From contig CAWCFT010000013.1 of assembly GCA_963794945.1 (NCBI GenBank), positions 10,606-74,605 on the forward strand: DNA of 64,000 bases, given 5' to 3'. Positions 53,425 through 62,280 of this stretch are shown here, one piece after another. Position 1 is the first letter of the stretch; the number at the start of each line of letters is the position of its first letter. This DNA comes from Endomicrobiales bacterium. GTDB taxonomy: Bacteria > Elusimicrobiota > Endomicrobiia > Endomicrobiales > CAWCFT01. The notes beneath the pieces are model-generated. The model was not told the DNA's origin. It saw only the letters and a program-made list of their open reading frames with translations, and did not search any database. The translations under genes and the position numbers were made by a program.

Positions 53425-54123
53425 ATGACAAACAATATGATAAAAAAAGCCGCACATTATTCCGGTATAACGCTCGAAACTGTTAAGAAGAACGCCGTCG
53501 TTAATAATTTCATTGAGGCCGCCAATGAGTACCTGGGGGCTATCGGCTACACAGAACACGGTTTCCGCCACGTCAGCCTTGTGGCGTCAGTGGCTCACAA
53601 TACGCTTGTTCAGCTCAATTACCCGGAGCCCCTGCCTGAGCTTGCCTCGATAGCGGGTTACCTTCACGACATAGGCAACGTGGTGAACCGCCAGGACCAC
53701 GGCCAGTCGGCGGCGCTTATCGCCATGAGGATACTTGGCGAGATAGGCGCGACGCCCGAAGAGATCGCTATAATGATCTCCGCGATCGGCAACCACGAGG
53801 AGGAGATAGGCGACCCGGTGAACCCGGTGGCGGCGGCGCTGATACTGGCCGACAAATCCGACGTGCACAAGACCCGTGTGCGCAACCCTTCCATGATAGG
53901 CGTCGACATACACGACAGGGTCAACTACGCGGCGGAACGTTCGTTCTTGAAAGTTGATGCGAGCAAAAAAATAATTTCGCTTGGGCTTACGATCGACACA
54001 AAAATATCCCAGCCCATGGAGTACTTCGAGATATTCATGTCGCGCATGATAATGTGCAGGCGCGCGGCAAAATTCCTTAAATGCAATTTTGAACTAATAA
54101 TTAACGAAAGGAAACTACTCTAA
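53425..54123 (+). CDS. HD-domain phosphohydrolase (paralog 2)
   Basis: TEHGFRH, YLHDIGN, LADKSDVH..RVR, IHDRVNYA. Confidence 0.9.
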   Translation: MTNNMIKKAAHYSGITLETVKKNAVVNNFIEAANEYLGAIGYTEHGFRHVSLVASVAHNTLVQLNYPEPLPELASIAGYLHDIGNVVNRQDHGQSAALIAMRILGEIGATPEEIAIMISAIGNHEEEIGDPVNPVAAALILADKSDVHKTRVRNPSMIGVDIHDRVNYAAERSFLKVDASKKIISLGLTIDTKISQPMEYFEIFMSRMIMCRRAAKFLKCNFELIINERKLL

Positions 54124-55538
54124 TGTCCAAGATCCAATGGAAGTTGTTGTTGACGGTAGCACTGGTCGGCCTCTCGATTTACCTGCTTTACCCTTCGTGG
54201 GAATGGTACCGGTTGCCCGCGCAGGAAAGGGAGACTAGGGAGAAATTCAAAGACCCTATACTCAGCAAGATACTCAACTTAGGCCTCGATCTCCGCGGCG
54301 GCACGCACCTGGTGCTCGAGCTTGACGCTTCAAAGCTTGACCCTGCGGCCAACATCGGTGACGCCATTGACCGCGCCATCGAGATCATACGCAACCGCGT
54401 TGACCAGTTCGGCCTTGCCGAGCCTCTTATAACGAGGCAGGGCGACCGCTGGATAGTGGTCCAGATGCCTGGTATAAAAGACCCGGGCAGGGCGAAGGAC
54501 CTTATAGGTAAAACTGCATTGCTTGAGTTCCGCATGGTTGAGAACAGCCCTGCGCTTAGCGATATTATCTCAAAGCTCCAGGAAAAAGGGGCGCGCGCGG
54601 AAGATATATCGAAATACCCCGAGATAGCAAAGATGGTGCCCGCTGGTTACGAGCTTTTCCCGGGCAAAGAAGAAAGGTATTACCTCTTGAAATCTACGCC
54701 GGAACTTACCGGTTCGACGCTTGTAAACGCCAAGGTTGAGCTCGGAGGCCAATTCGGTTATCCCCACGTATCCATTGAGTTTAACCGTGACGGAGCGAGG
54801 ATATTCGCTGCGGTCACTGAAGCCAACGTTGACAAAAACCTCGCCATTGTGCTTGACGGCGTCGTTCAGTCGGCGCCTGTTATACGTTCCCGCATACCGG
54901 ACGGCAAGGCCATAATAGAAGGCAACTTCACTATGGAAGACTCTAAGCTGCTCGCGACCGTGCTCAGAGCAGGCGCGCTTCCCGCACCTGTCCGTGTCAT
55001 AGAGGAGAGGACAGTAGGTCCGACCATGGGTGAAGATTCCATAAAGTTTGGTTTTATTTCCTGCCTTGTCGGTTCGCTCGCGGTCATGATATTCATGGTG
55101 ATCTATTACGGTTTTGAAGGCCTGATAGCCAACACCGCGCTTTTACTGAACCTGTTCCTGCTCATGGGAGCTATGGCAGGGTTCCATTCGACGCTCACAC
55201 TTCCGGGCATTGCGGGTATAGCCCTCACGCTCGCTATGGCTATAGACGCGAACGTGCTTATATTGGAGCGCCTCAGAGAAGAGATCAAGGGTGGAAAAAC
55301 GATACGAGTGGCGCTCGACGCAGCTTACCACAGAGCTTTCGTGACGATCTTCGACTCTCACGTAACAAACCTCATCGCGGCGTTGTTCCTGTTCCAGTTC
55401 GGCACGGGCCCGATAAAAGGGTTTGCCGTTACACTGACGCTGGGCTGCATCTTGAGCCTTTTTACTTCGGTTGTCGTAACTCGTATGATATACGACCTCT
55501 TGCTTCAGGAAAGAATCATTACAGATATAAAACTATAA
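54123..55538 (+). CDS. secD: Protein translocase subunit SecD
   Basis: LGLDLRGG, LRAGALP, TLPGIAG, DANVL..ER. Confidence 0.96.
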   Translation: MSKIQWKLLLTVALVGLSIYLLYPSWEWYRLPAQERETREKFKDPILSKILNLGLDLRGGTHLVLELDASKLDPAANIGDAIDRAIEIIRNRVDQFGLAEPLITRQGDRWIVVQMPGIKDPGRAKDLIGKTALLEFRMVENSPALSDIISKLQEKGARAEDISKYPEIAKMVPAGYELFPGKEERYYLLKSTPELTGSTLVNAKVELGGQFGYPHVSIEFNRDGARIFAAVTEANVDKNLAIVLDGVVQSAPVIRSRIPDGKAIIEGNFTMEDSKLLATVLRAGALPAPVRVIEERTVGPTMGEDSIKFGFISCLVGSLAVMIFMVIYYGFEGLIANTALLLNLFLLMGAMAGFHSTLTLPGIAGIALTLAMAIDANVLILERLREEIKGGKTIRVALDAAYHRAFVTIFDSHVTNLIAALFLFQFGTGPIKGFAVTLTLGCILSLFTSVVVTRMIYDLLLQERIITDIKL

Positions 55539-55553
55539 TAACGGAGGACAAAA

Positions 55554-56508
55554 GTGGAACTTGCTTTTTTACATAACACAAAAATCGATTTCATCAGCAA
55601 AAGGTACATCTTTTTCGCGATATCCATTGCCATCGCGCTTGCAGGCGCCGTCTCACTTGTAGTCAGGGGCGGGCCGAACTACGGCATAGATTTTGCCGGA
55701 GGAATACTCATACAGATGTCGTTCGCAAAACCTGTGCCCATGGACGAGGTGCGTTCGGCGCTTATATCCGGAGGCCTTTCAGATATCGAGCTCCAGAGCA
55801 CGATGATGGGCACACATTCTTCGATAGTCATCCGCGCGAAGAAATCCATGATGAACCAGGACGAACTTTCAAATAAAGTCCAAGCTATTCTCAACAGCAA
55901 GTTCGCTGGTAACGAACTGACCATGGAACGCAAGGAATACGTTGGGCCGGCTGTGGGTAGCCACCTGTTCAAGCAGGGCATGCTCGCGCTGATATTCTCT
56001 TTCCTTGGGATAATAGTCTATGTGGCTTTCAGGTTCAACTCCGGAATATGGGGGGCGGCGGGTGTCATTGGCATCATGCACGACGTGTTCGTTATCTTCG
56101 GCATATTCTCGATACTAAACAAAGAACTTACGCTGACCGTCCTGGCCGCGCTTCTAACCATCGCCGGTTACTCGATAAACGATACGATCGTCGTATTTGA
56201 CCGTATCCGCGAGAATCTTAGGCTTTTGACAAAAGAATCTTTCGGCGCGGTTATAAACAAGAGCGTCAACCAAACTCTTTCAAGGACCATAATAACGTCG
56301 TTCACCGTGTTCATGGTAGGCCTCGCGCTTTTCTTCCTCGGCGGCGAAGTGCTTCACGATTTCGCCTTCGCGATGCTTATAGGTGTGTTCGTGGGAACGT
56401 ATTCTTCGGTTTACGTCCAGCCCGCTTGTTTATGAGTGGGAAGAGTGGAAACGCCGCAGGACCGCCGAGATGTTCGCCGCTCCCAAGAAACGGAACGGAC
56501 AGAGATAA
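55554..56508 (+). CDS. secF: Protein translocase subunit SecF, frameshift near 56415
   Basis: GIDFAGG, GYSINDTIVVFDRIRE, LSRTIITS; shifted tail SPLVYEWEEWK ends at TAA 56508. Confidence 0.95.
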
Positions 56509-56519
56509 AACGTCACTTG

Positions 56520-56571
56520 ATTACACAGATATTTTAAATCGATTTTCCGATTAAAGCGTGATCTGTGTAAT
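56520..56571. repeat. Intergenic hairpin (CACAGAT/ATCTGTG type)
   Basis: 11-bp IR ATTACACAGAT / ATCTGTGTAAT with an inner TTTAAATCG / CGATTAAA stem. Confidence 0.6.
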
Positions 56572-56616
56572 TTTATTTATAACCATCGTTATCAACAATA
56601 TTTTGAAGGAAAAATT

Positions 56617-57191
56617 GTGAAAAAGATAAAGAAGTTCAAGATAAATATACGGCTTCGCGAAACGATGAGGCTGCTTAAGTCTACCGCTCACATCCCTGAG
56701 CTAACTTCCGAGATAGAGGACGAGATACACAGGCAAAGCCGCAGGATGAACGGCATTATCTCCACAGCCGCGCTTTATGAGACCCTTCCGAAAGAAAAAT
56801 TCCCGCCGGAGCTTGTTGTGGAGAGCCCGCCAGAACTGGGTCGCGGCCAGCGTATATCTCACAAACTATCGGAGAAGGAGCGCAAAACGATATTTTGGGC
56901 ACTCAGAATTCGGGTGAACAGCTCATAGGGCAGATACTGCATTCGATCGCGCTGGAATCGCTTGATCAGAGCGGGAATTTCATCCGCAGGCTTATCGATG
57001 ACGAGGCAAAGGAAGACTCCTGCGAGCTATCACGCCAGAAAACCGTAAGCGGGGATGCGGCCTGGCATAAATTACTGGAATTGCTTCCGGGTGACAAGAT
57101 CGGCGTCAATTTCCTGGGTGATGAGCGCTTCTCGCCGATGTATTCGACCGGCGGCATCATTTACTGGACGCCGTTAAAAAAACGCCGCTAA
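56617..57191 (+). CDS. Hypothetical protein weakly resembling a stand-alone MetH reactivation domain; frameshifted
   Basis: Two overlapping ORFs; C-terminal LLELL..DKIGV.....FSP.YS..GII pattern. Confidence 0.4.
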
Positions 57192-57228
57192 CGCGGTATC
57201 CCCCTGCCTTTAAATAATCGCAATAACT

Positions 57229-58505
57229 ATGATATATTTGTATGATTTATTATTATTGTTGTTATTTATTCCGGCCGCGCTGCTGGTCGCCGCACGCTAC
57301 AGGAAAAGGCTCTCGTCCGAATTCCTGTTCAAGGCGGGAGAAAGATTCGGCTTCTGGAATATAGGCCGGCGGGACGAAGCACTTCAAAAGAGCTAATATG
57401 GGTGCACTGTGCTTCGCTTGGTGAAGTAAAAGCCGTAGAGCCGATCTTAAGAAAACTTCAGAACTATTCCATCCTAGTTACCACCGTCACTCTCTCCGGA
57501 AGACAGTACGCGCTGGAAGCCAAGCTTTCGGACTATGTATTTTTTGTGCCCATCGATTTTTCGTTCCTGGTCAAAAACGTATTTAAAAAAGTCCGTGCGA
57601 GCGCCCTGTTGCTTGTTGAAACCGAGCTCTGGCCCGGCCTTATATACGGGGCGAACACCTGCGGTGCGAAAATATTCCTTGTCAACGCGCGCTTATCCGC
57701 CAATTCATATCCAATGTACCGCACATCAAGGTTATTCTGGAAGCCAGTTCTGGGCCGCATAGATTATCTTCTAGCACGTTCCAGGGAAGACGCAAACAGG
57801 TTCTCCAGCGTGGGGTTCCCTAAAGAAAGAGTGACTATCACCGGGAACATCAAGTACGATAATGACTTGGAAAAGACAGCCTCGACCAGGGAAGAGCTGG
57901 GTTTCACAAGTTCAGATATAATTTGGGTTTGCGGCAGTACAAGGTACGGCGAGAATAAGATACTTCTAAACGCGTGGAAGGAGCTCAAAACAAGCTATCC
58001 ATCTCTCAAACTCGTTATAGCACCCCGCCATTTGAACAGGGCGAAGGAGATCTCAAAAATATTAGAAAAAGCGGGATGCAGCATTGCGATGCGTTCGAAC
58101 TCCGTGAACCAGGCTTTTGACTGCCTGGTGCTCGACACTTTCGGAGAACTCTGGAAATATTATTCAGTGTGCGACCTGGCTTTTGTCGGAGGCTCGCTTG
58201 TTGATAAGGGCGGACAGAACCCAATAGAGCCCGCGGCTTTCTCGAAACCCGTTTTGTTCGGCAGCCATATGGAGAATTTTATTTCAGAGGCCGCGGCGCT
58301 TCTGGGAACTGGCGGCGGGTTTGAGGTAAAGGACGGAGCAGATCTGGTTGGCAAAATGAAATATCTGTTGGAAAACGCCGATTACAGAGCGAAAGCCGGC
58401 AAAAAGGCGTTCGATGCCGTGCAGGCACAAAAAGGCGCGGTTGCTAAAACTGTCGAGATTATTAATTCTGCGCTGATGTACCGTCAGAGCAGTGGTGATA
58501 AATGA
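57229..58505 (+). CDS. waaA: Kdo transferase WaaA, frameshift near 57375
   Basis: WVHCASLGE, ETELWP, GNIKYD, APRH, GGQNPIEPA. Confidence 0.92.
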
Positions 58506-60184
58506 CTAAAATATTATCTTTTATCGGATGGTCATTCATAAGCCTGTTAAGCTCTACGTTGAGGGTCAGGATAGTCAACCCGTTAGTTCGCGGGAAGGGA
58601 AATATAGCTTTTGCTTTTTGGCACGGCGAGCAATTCATATTGAATGTCTTCCATAAGAATAAAAGAGCTGTCATCATGTCAAGCATGTCGAAAGACGGCG
58701 AGATACAGGCCGGAATACTTAGCCGATTTAAGTACACGATAGTAAGAGGGTCCAGCACACGGCGGGCGGAGCGAGCTCTTGTTGAAATGATAAGACTTGT
58801 AAGAAAGGGGCACGACGCTGGTTTTGCGGCTGACGGGCCTAAAGGCCCGTATAAACAAGTTAAACCAGGCGTTATTTATCTGGCGCAGAAATGCGGAATT
58901 CCGGTTATACCTGTGAGCAGCTGCGCTGAGAAGAAATATATTTTTAATAGAGCGTGGGACAAGTACGAACTGCCCGCCCCGTTTTCTCGGGCGGTTTTTG
59001 CTTATGGCGAACCCATTTTTACAAATGAAACGGATAACGCGGAAGAGAAGATGGCGGAGCTGGAACGTTCCCTAATTTCTCTATCGGATTTCACTCACGG
59101 CAGTTATTGGTCAAAGGATATCAAGGAATACCTGAGAGGCCACCCTAAACCCAAAATACTCGTTGTTCAGCCAAGCCGCATCGGAGACGTGGTTTTTACG
59201 AGCCCCGCTGTACACGCGATAAGGAAAAAATATCCGAACGCATGGATAGGCTGGATAGTAGATGAACGCTGTGCCCCTGTGCTTGAGGGAAACAGTGATA
59301 TTGACGAGGTAATAGTTTTCAACAGGCGTAAGCTTACTCCGGCCTATATACTTAAAACGATGTCTTACCTGCGTTCAAAGAACATCGATCTGAGCATCGA
59401 TTTTCACGGGCTTGCTAAATCGGCGTTCCTTGTGATGCTTGCGGGTGCGCGGTTCAAGCTTGCCTCTTCTTCGACTAACGGGATGAGGGAGCTTTCATGG
59501 ATGTTCTCCAAAGAGATCAAGCCTAAAGAACCATCTTCCGCTCACTGCGTAGACAGGCATTTTGCGGTAGCGGAATACCTGGGCTGCTCTCAGGAAGATA
59601 ACAAGTTTAATGTAGAAGTCAGCCCTTCCGATTCCGAAAATATTGAAAAATTACTTTTGAGGAAGGGACTCATTCAAGGTAAATCCTGCGTTGCGATACA
59701 TCCTGGCGGGGGATGGACCTCAAGAAGATGGGCGCCGGAACGTTTTTCCGCGCTCATAGACAAGATATCCAAGGAAGCTGAGATGCAGATAGTGCTTGTA
59801 GGAGGCAAAGAGGGCGGGGCGGGCGAGAAGGGGTTGAACGAACTTATTATAGATAAGGCAGCGGGCTCCAAAGTCATAGACCTAACCGGAATATTAAGCC
59901 TTGGCGAACTTAAGGCGGTTTTAAAGAAATGCAGTGTCTTTGTGGCCAATGAAGCCGGGCCCATGCACCTGGCGACGGCGCTCGGCGTCCCTTCGGTCGC
60001 GCTGCTGGGCCCTACCGATGCGAAAAGAACTGGCCCGTTCGGCGGCAAAACATTGATAATCCAACATAAGATAGAATGCCAACCTTGCAGGGAGCGCTCT
60101 TGCAGTAAGCGCACATGCATGGAACTTATAACCGTTGATGAAGTGTTTAATGCAGTCAAAAAAGAATTAAAAATTAAAGGTTAG
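58502..60184 (+). CDS. DUF374 (LpxJ-like acyltransferase) fused to a GT9 heptosyltransferase
   Basis: N-terminal FWHG, SKDGE, RGSS, DGPKGP, WDKYELP; C-terminal SRIGDV, NEAGPMHLA, C.PC. Confidence 0.85.
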   Translation: MTKILSFIGWSFISLLSSTLRVRIVNPLVRGKGNIAFAFWHGEQFILNVFHKNKRAVIMSSMSKDGEIQAGILSRFKYTIVRGSSTRRAERALVEMIRLVRKGHDAGFAADGPKGPYKQVKPGVIYLAQKCGIPVIPVSSCAEKKYIFNRAWDKYELPAPFSRAVFAYGEPIFTNETDNAEEKMAELERSLISLSDFTHGSYWSKDIKEYLRGHPKPKILVVQPSRIGDVVFTSPAVHAIRKKYPNAWIGWIVDERCAPVLEGNSDIDEVIVFNRRKLTPAYILKTMSYLRSKNIDLSIDFHGLAKSAFLVMLAGARFKLASSSTNGMRELSWMFSKEIKPKEPSSAHCVDRHFAVAEYLGCSQEDNKFNVEVSPSDSENIEKLLLRKGLIQGKSCVAIHPGGGWTSRRWAPERFSALIDKISKEAEMQIVLVGGKEGGAGEKGLNELIIDKAAGSKVIDLTGILSLGELKAVLKKCSVFVANEAGPMHLATALGVPSVALLGPTDAKRTGPFGGKTLIIQHKIECQPCRERSCSKRTCMELITVDEVFNAVKKELKIKG

Positions 60185-60248
60185 AAAATTTAAGATTTAA
60201 AGACATTTAATCTTAATAATCTTAAATCTTCAATCTTGAATTTTAAAT
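60166..60248. repeat. Heptamer-periodic inverted repeat (ATTTAAG type), copy 3
   Basis: ATTAAAA-ATTAAAG..ATTTAAG mirrored by CTTAAAT-CTTCAAT-CTTGAAT-TTTAAAT. Confidence 0.75.
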
Positions 60249-60256
60249 AGGATTTT

Positions 60257-61240
60257 ATGAAAATATTAATTATAAAACCCAGCTCGTTCGGGGACATAAT
60301 ACAATCCAATCCGGTGGCCGTCGCGCTCAAGGAAAGCTATCCGGAAGCTGAAATAAAGTGGCTCGTATTCAATGCCTGGGAGGAAGCGGTAGACCTTTTC
60401 CCTGATGTCGATGGGAAGATAATCTGGGACAGGAAAGCAGGCGCCGGAGAATTTTTCCGGGTGCTCTCGGCCGTCAGAAATGAAAAATTTGATATCGCCA
60501 TAGACCTGCAGGGGCTTGCCCGGACGGCGATTATAGCCCGGTTCTCCAAAGCGGGTAAAGTAATAGGCGTTCCCGGGTTAAAAGAGTTGAGCTGGTTATT
60601 TATCAAAGAAGCATTCCCGGAAAGCAGAGGACTTAATGCGGTTTTACGGAACCTTGAAACAGTCAGGTACCTTACCGGTAAAAAGTTCGAGCCTGTCTTT
60701 AACATAAAGGTTTCTCAAAATGACGCAAACAGCGCCGGAAAACTGCTCGAGCAGAACGGTGTCATGCAAAATGACAATTTTATAGCGTTCATACCTGAAG
60801 CAAGGGGCGCGGCAAAAACATGGCCCGCCGGCTATTTTGACGCTCTTGCTGAAAATATACTGAGAATCCGAAAACTGAAGATAGTGGCCCTGGGCGCGGA
60901 AGGCGATTGCAGATACCTGTTCAACCCAGGTGTCGTGGATATGTGCGGCAGAACCTCAATTAAAACGTTGGCTGGCGTTATGGGTTTGTCAAAAGCTGTT
61001 ATCGGCGGTGATACAGGGCCCGTGCACCTGGCGGCAGCACTCGGTATACCAACAGCTGTAATATTCGGCGGATCGGATATAAATGAGACAGCGCCCGTGA
61101 GCGCAAGCGCTAAACTCATATCGAAACGGCTTGATTGTTCGCCATGCAGGGGCAGGCCCACCTGTAAAGGTTACCCTTGCCTGGCCGGCATAAAACCGGA
61201 AGAAGTTATGAAAGTGTTAACGGAACAATTGAAGATTTAA
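60257..61240 (+). CDS. GT9 LPS heptosyltransferase (WaaC-like)
   Basis: KPSSFGDI, IDLQGL, GDTGPVHLAAA. Confidence 0.88.
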   Translation: MKILIIKPSSFGDIIQSNPVAVALKESYPEAEIKWLVFNAWEEAVDLFPDVDGKIIWDRKAGAGEFFRVLSAVRNEKFDIAIDLQGLARTAIIARFSKAGKVIGVPGLKELSWLFIKEAFPESRGLNAVLRNLETVRYLTGKKFEPVFNIKVSQNDANSAGKLLEQNGVMQNDNFIAFIPEARGAAKTWPAGYFDALAENILRIRKLKIVALGAEGDCRYLFNPGVVDMCGRTSIKTLAGVMGLSKAVIGGDTGPVHLAAALGIPTAVIFGGSDINETAPVSASAKLISKRLDCSPCRGRPTCKGYPCLAGIKPEEVMKVLTEQLKI

Positions 61241-61307
61241 GATAGAAAATTTAAGATTATATTTCAAAAACATTTAATCTTCAAATCTTGAATCTTTAAT
61301 TTTGAAT
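61228..61307. repeat. Heptamer-periodic inverted repeat (ATTTAAG type), copy 4
   Basis: ATTGAAG-ATTTAAG-ATAGAAA-ATTTAAG mirrored by CTTCAAAT-CTTGAAT-CTTTAAT-TTTGAAT. Confidence 0.75.
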
Positions 61308-61315
61308 TAAAATCT

Positions 61316-62263
61316 ATGAAACTAATATTTTTCCACATGAACCAGCTGGGCGACCTGCTTTTCAGCCTGCCTGCACTTTCTTCAGCCAGGAAAGAGTGGC
61401 CGGACGCGAAAATATATTGCGTCGTGAGGCCCGAGCACGTCCCGCTGATAGAAGCGGGCGGTTACGCGAATGTTGTTTTGCCGCGCGAGCGCGACAATAT
61501 TATGGGTAAACTGTTTAACGCGGTTGACCTTCGGAAAGAGCGGATCGATAAAGGGATATTCTTTTCTGAGTCCCCGGAAACACTTATGATGGGTTACGCG
61601 GCCGGCATAAAAGAAAGGATAGGTTTTTCTTCAGCGAGCCTCTCCTCACTTCTAACAGAAAAGGTTGAACGTTCAGGTGTGCCGTCTTTGGCAAATAACA
61701 AGAACTTGGGCCTCAAGGCGGGCCTAAAAAATATTCCGGTAGATTACACAGGCCTTGTAAAAGTGCCTCAATCGGTATCCGAAGGAACATCGTTATGGCT
61801 GCAGGTTAACGGTATAAACCCGGAAAAACTTGTCGTGATAGCACCCGGCGCGAGCAAGAAACGAAAAATCAAATACTGGCAGGCTGAGAGATGGAGAATA
61901 CTCGCAAAAAATATCATAGACAAGGGCAGCAGGCCCGTGTTTTGCGGCGCGCCTGGCGAGAAAGATGAGCTGGACAGGCTTGCAGCAGGCTTTAGCGGCA
62001 GAGCAAGAGTGTTCGATTCAACCAAAGGAATATTGCACATGGCGGCGCTTATTCAAAAGGCAAAACTTTTTGTCGGGATAGATTCAGGGGCTATGCACCT
62101 GGCTGCGAGCCTCGGAACAAAAGTAGTGGCGCTTTTCGGCCAAACCGACCCGTCGCAGGTGGGCCCAATGCCGCTGGAAAATAATATAGTTATCAAGAAA
62201 GACAGCATGGATGATATAAGCACGGAGGAAGTTTGGAAAATAGTTTCGGAAATCGTCGCGTAA
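61316..62263 (+). CDS. GT9 glycosyltransferase
   Basis: NQLGDLL, DSGAMHLAA, FGQTDP. Confidence 0.88.
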   Translation: MKLIFFHMNQLGDLLFSLPALSSARKEWPDAKIYCVVRPEHVPLIEAGGYANVVLPRERDNIMGKLFNAVDLRKERIDKGIFFSESPETLMMGYAAGIKERIGFSSASLSSLLTEKVERSGVPSLANNKNLGLKAGLKNIPVDYTGLVKVPQSVSEGTSLWLQVNGINPEKLVVIAPGASKKRKIKYWQAERWRILAKNIIDKGSRPVFCGAPGEKDELDRLAAGFSGRARVFDSTKGILHMAALIQKAKLFVGIDSGAMHLAASLGTKVVALFGQTDPSQVGPMPLENNIVIKKDSMDDISTEEVWKIVSEIVA

Positions 62264-62280
62264 GAAGGTCACTGGGCTTT

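Noticed and set aside
42542..61307. Intergenic repeats as a CRISPR array
   Set aside because: Copies are dispersed and degenerate, with no repeat-spacer periodicity and no cas genes.
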